In this document: positions 57,190-64,000 of the stretch, one piece after another
How positions within the stretch are numbered: the first letter of the stretch is position 1
How the letters are laid out: each line of letters opens with the position of its first letter
Assembly (NCBI RefSeq): GCF_902459465.1
Contig: NC_047077.1
Coordinates: 1,302,001-1,366,000, forward strand
Origin: Asterias rubens
Taxonomy: Eukaryota
Length of the DNA: 64,000 nucleotides
Direction: 5' to 3'
Position numbers and translations under genes: made by a program
Notes under the pieces: generated by a model
The model's database searches: none
The model's input: the letters and a program-made list of their open reading frames with translations, nothing else
Told to the model about the DNA's origin: nothing

Positions 57190-60100
57190 ATAGTGGTTTG
57201 CAAACTTTCTTGAGCTGTCCAACCATGCCCTCTGTTGCTGCTTACCAGGTTGTATCATAAAACCATAGAGTGAGGTGATCCCTGGCTATAATATACTGCA
57301 GTTGCAGGTTCCATGGCTTCTGACCAGGGCCCAACTTCATAGAGCTGCTTAACGGTTGATTTTGTGCTTAACAGCGCATCTAGCAAATTTTTCATTTCAT
57401 AGCCTCGCTTTTAAGACAGTAGACACTATTTGTATTACTCAAAACAATTATTAGCATAAAACCATAGTTTGTAATCAGTAAAGGAGAGCTGATGGTATAA
57501 AAACATTGTGAGAAACGGCTCCCTCTGAAGTAGCGTAGTTTCGAGAAAGAAGTAATTTTCCACGAATTTGATTTTGAGACCTCAGATTTAGAATTTGAGG
57601 TCTTGAAATCAATCATCTGAACGCACACAACTTTGTGTGACAAGGGTGTTTTTTGTTTGATTATTATCTCGCAACTTTGACAACCAATTGAGCACAAATT
57701 TTCACAGGCTTGTTATTTTATGCATATGTTAAGACACATCAAGTGAGAAGAATGGTCTTTGACAATTACCAATGGTGTCCAGTGTATTTAAGCAAGGTTT
57801 TTTTGCTAAAAGCGGTAAGCAAACAAAAACGGTCCGTAAAGCCCAAACCTTTTTGCCTTAGCACCCTGTTTAAGCACAGCGCATAGTGCTACATCACTGC
57901 AATAATGCGTTGTTAGTGTGGCAGCGGTTTGTATTTCACATGTGTGTGTATGATAGGTTCAGCGAAGTAAACGAGTGTCTAAAATATTTTAGAAACGTTG
58001 TACAGTGTATTTTCTTCTTGTTCACTCTCAAGTTAGCGTGTAAACCTTTCAAGGGCAATACAGACAGAGAAGGTGATGATTTGTTTGTTAAGGCCACTGT
58101 GTATTTATTTCGCCTGCCATTATGTAAGCACCTTCTTCTTTTTTGCTGACGCAGACGACCCAAAATATTGCGCGTGCAGTTTGTTTAGCAACCGCTCGTG
58201 AATTAGGTTTACGCTTTAAGGCAGTGGACACTATTGGTAATTACTCAAAATTTGATTTCGAGAAATCAAGCATCTAAAAGCACACAACTTCGTGTGACAA
58301 GGGTGTTTTTTTTTCTCTCATAGTTATCTCGCGACTCCGACGACCAATCAAGCTCAAATTTTCACAGGTTTGTTATTTTATGCATATGTTGAGATACATG
58401 TACACCCAGTGAGAAGACTGGTCAGTGACATTTACAAATAGTGTCCATTGTCTTTTAGCAATTAATTTTGCCAAATAAAGCAAACAAAAATTGCTTACCG
58501 TTAACCAGCTCTATAAAATTTGGCCAAGGTCTCTAATCAAACAAGGCATTTCATTCTTGTTCTCTACATGTACATGTAGCAAATATTGACCAATCACAAT
58601 TTTGTTCGCAACTCACCCAGTATTTGAGAGAAGAATATAGCATGAAACACAGCAACAATCAATAAAGTTGATGAGGAAATTCCAGCAATGATCTGTTTAA
58701 TGTTGGCACAACACACTGAATGATGTTCCACTGTATTTCCATAGAGTTACACAGCTCAAAGTCCCCTACTTATTACTGTTATGTGGAAATTCCAGTTTCT
58801 TAGTTTAGCTCTTGTTTGTAGCAGTGTTATGGTTAACATACAGTTCTACTGATACTGCACTTAGCGCATATTTACACACTGAAATGATATCAATCTGAAA
58901 GTTCTTGGTGTATGTGACCCCTACATAGATAGACCTTTTCGCAAATACCATTGTGCAAGCGCAAACTGTCGAATGAGGTGCATGCTGGTCTAGCTAGTGA
59001 TCAAGTTTGATAGTTAGCTAGACCAGCATGCACCTCGTTCCATGTCTATTGTGCACGTACCCAGTATTTGCGATAAGGTCTATGTACATAACTGTGACTC
59101 AGTGACTAATAAATAACAGGTTGTTGAACATTGGACCACAGCATACTACAATACTTGTCTGGTTTTAGATTCAGATGTCATTTTTGAACAGAACCTTTTT
59201 TTTTTTAACTTCTATCTTTTTTTACCCATCATGGCCGACTCATTCTCGTGCATGTGAAAATAAGGAAGCTTTTTGTAAAATGAACTTGTTTTATTTGTTT
59301 TAGTCATTGAAATAAAGACTTTCATCATTCTTGTTTGAACTTCTTTTTATTACTAATGACTGCTGTTTGCTGCTTGCTCGAGTAATTTTAGTTAATTAAT
59401 GGTTGCCACATAAATCAAACATTAAAAATTTTAAAAAGGTTTCAAAAACAAATCCCAGACCTGGTTTTTATATTGTTTGAAATACAGAAATACAAGATTT
59501 ACCCAGCAGTTGTTATATTAGAAAGCCTTTAGCTTTGCCCTTAACTTCATCACAGAGCGTAGACATGATTTGGGGTTTTGTAAAACTACTTATTTTGCAT
59601 GTACCCGATAAGTTGTGTATTACCCATAGTCATTGGCAATGCACAATCACACTGAAGCATGTAGTTTAAACAGTTTGACAATCTTTTGAATCCCTTATTT
59701 GAACCCTTCTTCTTTACTCTGATCCTCTTTTATCTCAGGCTTTGCTCCTCATCTTGGATGCCAATAACCATGGTAACCCAAGACCCATAAGATCCTACTC
59801 AGTCTCAGACTCTCAGGGTAGATGCTGAAGATTCTGGCAGTTAAGCTCCGAAGACACTACAGGGAGAGTTGAAGATGTACAAGAAACAGGAAGCTCACAA
59901 TGAGAGGTAAGTGATAGTCAGCATTTACTGTCAATGTTTATTTCATGTTGACATCTCTCCTCATAGACTTACAGATCTTCTTGTTTGTCACAGATGTTTT
60001 TATTCACAGCCGAGAAATGTTTGTTTGTTTGTTTGTTTGTCTTTGACATACATGTATCTGGGAGGATGATTTCTAGAGTTGGTTTGATGAGAGAAAACTT

Positions 60101-63100
60101 CTCAAACAGCATCAAACTGAAAAGGTTATTTTGGGGTTCCTGATTGCATGGCATAATAAAAACTGTTTTCAGGTGTATTCGTCTTCTATTGTTAGTAGTT
60201 GGTAACTGGTAAACATCATGAAAAATGTGAGATTTGAGAGAATTATTAAAAATACTTCCCAAAGTCCTAATAATAGAGATTGAAACTCTGAATGTGGAGA
60301 ACAAAGTTCAAAGTGTTGTCGGCTTATATTTGCTCTGAAATGTTGTGACTAAGTGCACCACGCACAGGCTCTGGTGTTTCTGATCAGCAGAGTGTTGGTT
60401 TGAGTCCCAGTCTTGTGACTTGTGTCATTAAACAATGTGTTTGGGGGGGGGGGTGGCAGAATATGGAAGCAAACAGATAGCACTTAAGTAATGTTGGCCA
60501 CAAGTCAAGTTTTATACAGCTTCAGCTTGGAGCGTGATCTTTCGATTGTAATGGTAGTATTTCGTTTGTTAATTTAGTCGAGCACAGCTAGACAGCAGTT
60601 TTAAAACAGTATAACAAAGCAAACCTTTAGTTAACCACGTCTTTTGTCGCGAGTTTAGATTTTGATCTTACTTCTTGTTTAAAGGATCTGTATTTGTTGT
60701 GGTAATGACTCTAAAAGATTAATGGCAATAAAAACTTACAACAAAAAGTACAGCTGCTTTGGATAGTGTAATGCATTTTGAGAAATGTTTCACTTCAAAG
60801 TACTGTTGGTTTGGTAAAATATAACACTTTTTATCCCCAAATAATGTGGAACCAATTTTCTCCGTGATGACTTTGTAAATAATGCGGGAATAATATTGAT
60901 ATATATTCCTCAAGTCTATCCTTTCTTCTCATAACTGTAAATGGTTTCAACTTCCCTCAAATTCTACCCTGAGAGTTGCCCTACATAAAGGAGTGATTAT
61001 ACAAACTGTAAATCCTGTTGAATGTGACACAATGTACAATGTAATTTTGTATGTTCTTGAGATTGGGTTTCCAGTCAAAATGGCATTTAAAGGCACTGGA
61101 CACTACTGTTAAATAACTCAAAATAATTGTTAGCATAAAAACTTTCTTGGTAACGAGCATGGAGAGCTGTTGATAGTACAAACATTTTGAGAAATGGCTC
61201 CCTCTGAAGTAACTTCTCCCTAAAACATTTTAATTGAATTTGAGACCTGATCAGCTGAGTTCTTGCATTCCAGCATATGAAAGCACACATTTTGTGCGAC
61301 AAGGGTGCTTTCTATCATCTCTCGCAACTTCCATGACCAATTGAGTTCAAACGTTCACAGGTTTGTTCTTTTATTCATATGTTGAGATACACCAAATGAG
61401 AAGACTGGTCTTTGACAATTACCAAATGTATCCAGTGCCTTTAAGAATGAAGATCAGACAAAACAACCAATTGTAATGATCAATGGCCAGATTATCAGTG
61501 TATTGGAGTATGGCTGCTGATAATGAACTTGGACTGTAAATACAAAAACAGTTTGAAGTACATCTAGGTCTGTTACCAGGTACTGTACATACATGTAGTA
61601 CAGTGAATGGTGGTAAATAGCTGTACTCTTTGAAATGCTGACATAGTCAGATTTGTTTCTGCATTTTGAGATACGTTTATGTAAGCAAGCAAAATGAGGT
61701 GAATTAATATTTTATTTTTTGGGGGAGAGGGGCACTAGATGTCGAAAAACCTCCAAAAGCGAGCACTGAAAGAGTTAACTAAATTACACTTCAGAAGTTA
61801 AACTCAATATGAAAATGATTTCAATAAGAACTTCAAAGTATTTTTTTTTCCATTTAATCTAATCTTAACAGTTGTTTATAAAATAAAAATTAGTAATTAC
61901 TTGCAAAAGTATGATGTCAATCCATTACCATAAACCATTTATTGTACTGAATAGGAACGACAAGGAAAAAAAAGACTTAAGAAAACCTAACATTACATAT
62001 TAAAAATAAAGTAAAATAGAACTTTAAAATCCACAGTAATAAAAACTGCAACAAAATAATCACAAAGACTACATGTACATTTGTACATGTAAGACTTAAA
62101 GGAACTGGAAACTTTTGCTAAAATCAAAGACCATGATTCCCACTTGTGTATTCCAATGTGTGCATGAAATAATAAATCTCAGAAATATGGACTCAATTGG
62201 TCATTGAAGTTGCAAGGAAATAAACCAGCGAAAAAACACCCATGTTGCACAAATGCATGCTTTCAGATGCCTGAAAAAGGCTTCATTCCTGAACTCTTTC
62301 TCAGATTCAAAATTTTTAATGAGTCATAACTTTCTTCTCAAAAATATGTTTCTTCTGAGGGAGTCGTTTCTCACAATGTTTTCGCTATCAACATCTCCCC
62401 GGTGCTTGTTAAAAAAGTGTGCATTTTAGTAATAACCAAACATGTCCAGTGCTATTTAAAAGAAAACTAAACTCTACAATATTTAAAACACAATTTATAT
62501 GGTTCTGCTTTACAAATCTGAATTTTTTCTTTTTTAAAGGGAAGGTACACATTTGGTAATTACTCAAGACAAACATTAACTTAAAAACTGACTTGGTAAC
62601 GAGCATTGGAGAGATGTTGATAGTATAAAACAGTGTGGGAAACGAGTCCCTCCGAAGTTTTGTAGTTTTTGAGAAAAAGGTAATTTCTCTCTAAAATAAC
62701 AAAAGACTTCTAGGTAGAAGTCTTTTATTCTTATCTGAAAGCACACCAATTCGTCCAACAAGGGTGTTTTTTCTTTGATCAATTTCTCGCAACTTCAATG
62801 ACCAATTGAGCCCAAATTTTCACAGGCTTGTTATTTTATGGTTATGATGGGATACACCAAGTGCGAAGACTGGTCTTTGACATTTACCAAACGTGCACCT
62901 TCCCTTTAAACAAATTACATTTGAGTTGTTTAGCAAAGCAATGCTTCAGATACTGATATGTCAACACTTTATGTGTTCATGTGATGCGTAAATGTTGCTT
63001 CATTGTTTTTCATGCATGTTGACAACAGATACTGGAGCTCATACACATGTATGTATGTCCAGAATGGATACTGTTTTGCTGATTTAGTTGTAATGTTGTC

Positions 63101-64000
63101 CTGGATTAAAACATTTTCCCTGGTATTGCTTGTATTCATAAGCAAATTATTGTTGATATGCAGCATAACAAAAAGGCATCTTTATTCTTGACTCGCTTGC
63201 TGGAAACTTTCTTTATAAGAGTTTTATATGTGGGTCTGAAAATGATCAGTTAAATAAAAAAGACTACTCGCTTAAATTCTCCAATGTAAACAGAGGAAAC
63301 ACAATAGTTTTTTAACCATACTTTGGCCAAGACCTGATACATGAATCTATGATTGCGAACAAAATCTTTTACAAATCTAACTGGGAAGAATATTGTTTAT
63401 CATATCTGTATCTGTACACATTGCTTGCAAACTCTCTCTTTTATTAAACAATTACGTAATTGTATATATGTCACTCCATTACCATAAACCAGAAGTAAAA
63501 TTGCTGGTTCATGGTGATGGAGTGAAATAAAAATAGAAAACAAATACATGTTCTCTCAAATATGTATTTTACATAATTTGAGACCAAATAAAACCAACTA
63601 TATATATTTTGTTAATACATACATTGCTTTTGTTTAACAATTATAACTACGTAATTTAGGTCACTCAGTTACATTGTTTGTAACTGACTCATGGTTACAG
63701 AGTGATACCTCATTTTGTACACAGATCTGCACCTTTCTGCAGTTCAACATGGTTATTTACAATGAATGTGTAGTGTACAACTCTGTGTAAATGCATTTTG
63801 TTATGGAAAAATTGAATCTCTTGAACATTCCTTTTACAAGTAGTGGTAAAAAAATGTATCATTCGGTCATGCAAACAATAGACCAATCAGAGCAAGAGGT
63901 TGTTATTTTCAGTGAATTATTTCAATTCTGATGTGAATGTTGCCTAATGGTTGAGGTGGAGGAGGTAAGTCACTGAAATGACATAACAACATTAAAAGGA
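57190..64000. repeat. Segmental duplicate of ~17100-23650 (3' flank unit of the TRIM genes)
   Basis: Colinear homology up to the last base: ggaggtaagtcactgaa..acataacaacattaaaagga matches 23611-23650. Confidence 0.9.
58932..59080. mobile_element. TA-flanked MITE with nested perfect hairpin
   Basis: TA|GACCTTTTCGCAAATAC .. GTATTTGCGATAAGGTC|TA. Internal 22-bp perfect inverted repeat (58975-58996 / 59015-59036). Absent at the paralogous site near 17645. Confidence 0.82.

Overview
AT-rich, repeat-dense animal DNA with no prokaryotic features. The gene style and repeats suggest an echinoderm, possibly a sea star (inference only). The core is a tandem, segmentally duplicated cluster of minus-strand TRIM (RING-Bbox-coiled coil-NHL) genes, each with its whole CDS in one exon. 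One copy is intact (23967-25739). One has an in-frame ~1.05 kb deletion fusing a truncated RING to the NHL propeller (15117-15842). One has three single-base frameshifts (39280-41079), one survives only as a 3' remnant (36365-36467), and a fifth is predicted just past the right edge. An apparently intact piggyBac (~44324-47901, 806-aa transposase) sits in one of two duplicated blocks, and the other block shows the empty site. The rest is TTAA-flanked (Kolobok-type) and other MITEs, SINE/LINE fragments and minisatellites. Comparing paralogues within the window reveals three main signals: (i) repeated TA->TACATGTA insertions that look like Tc1/mariner excision footprints, (ii) a 312-bp tRNA-containing unit inserted as two different circular permutations with long TSDs, and (iii) a 152-bp insertion carrying a Penelope-type minimal hammerhead ribozyme motif. 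All alignments were done by eye, and boundaries of degenerate repeats are approximate.
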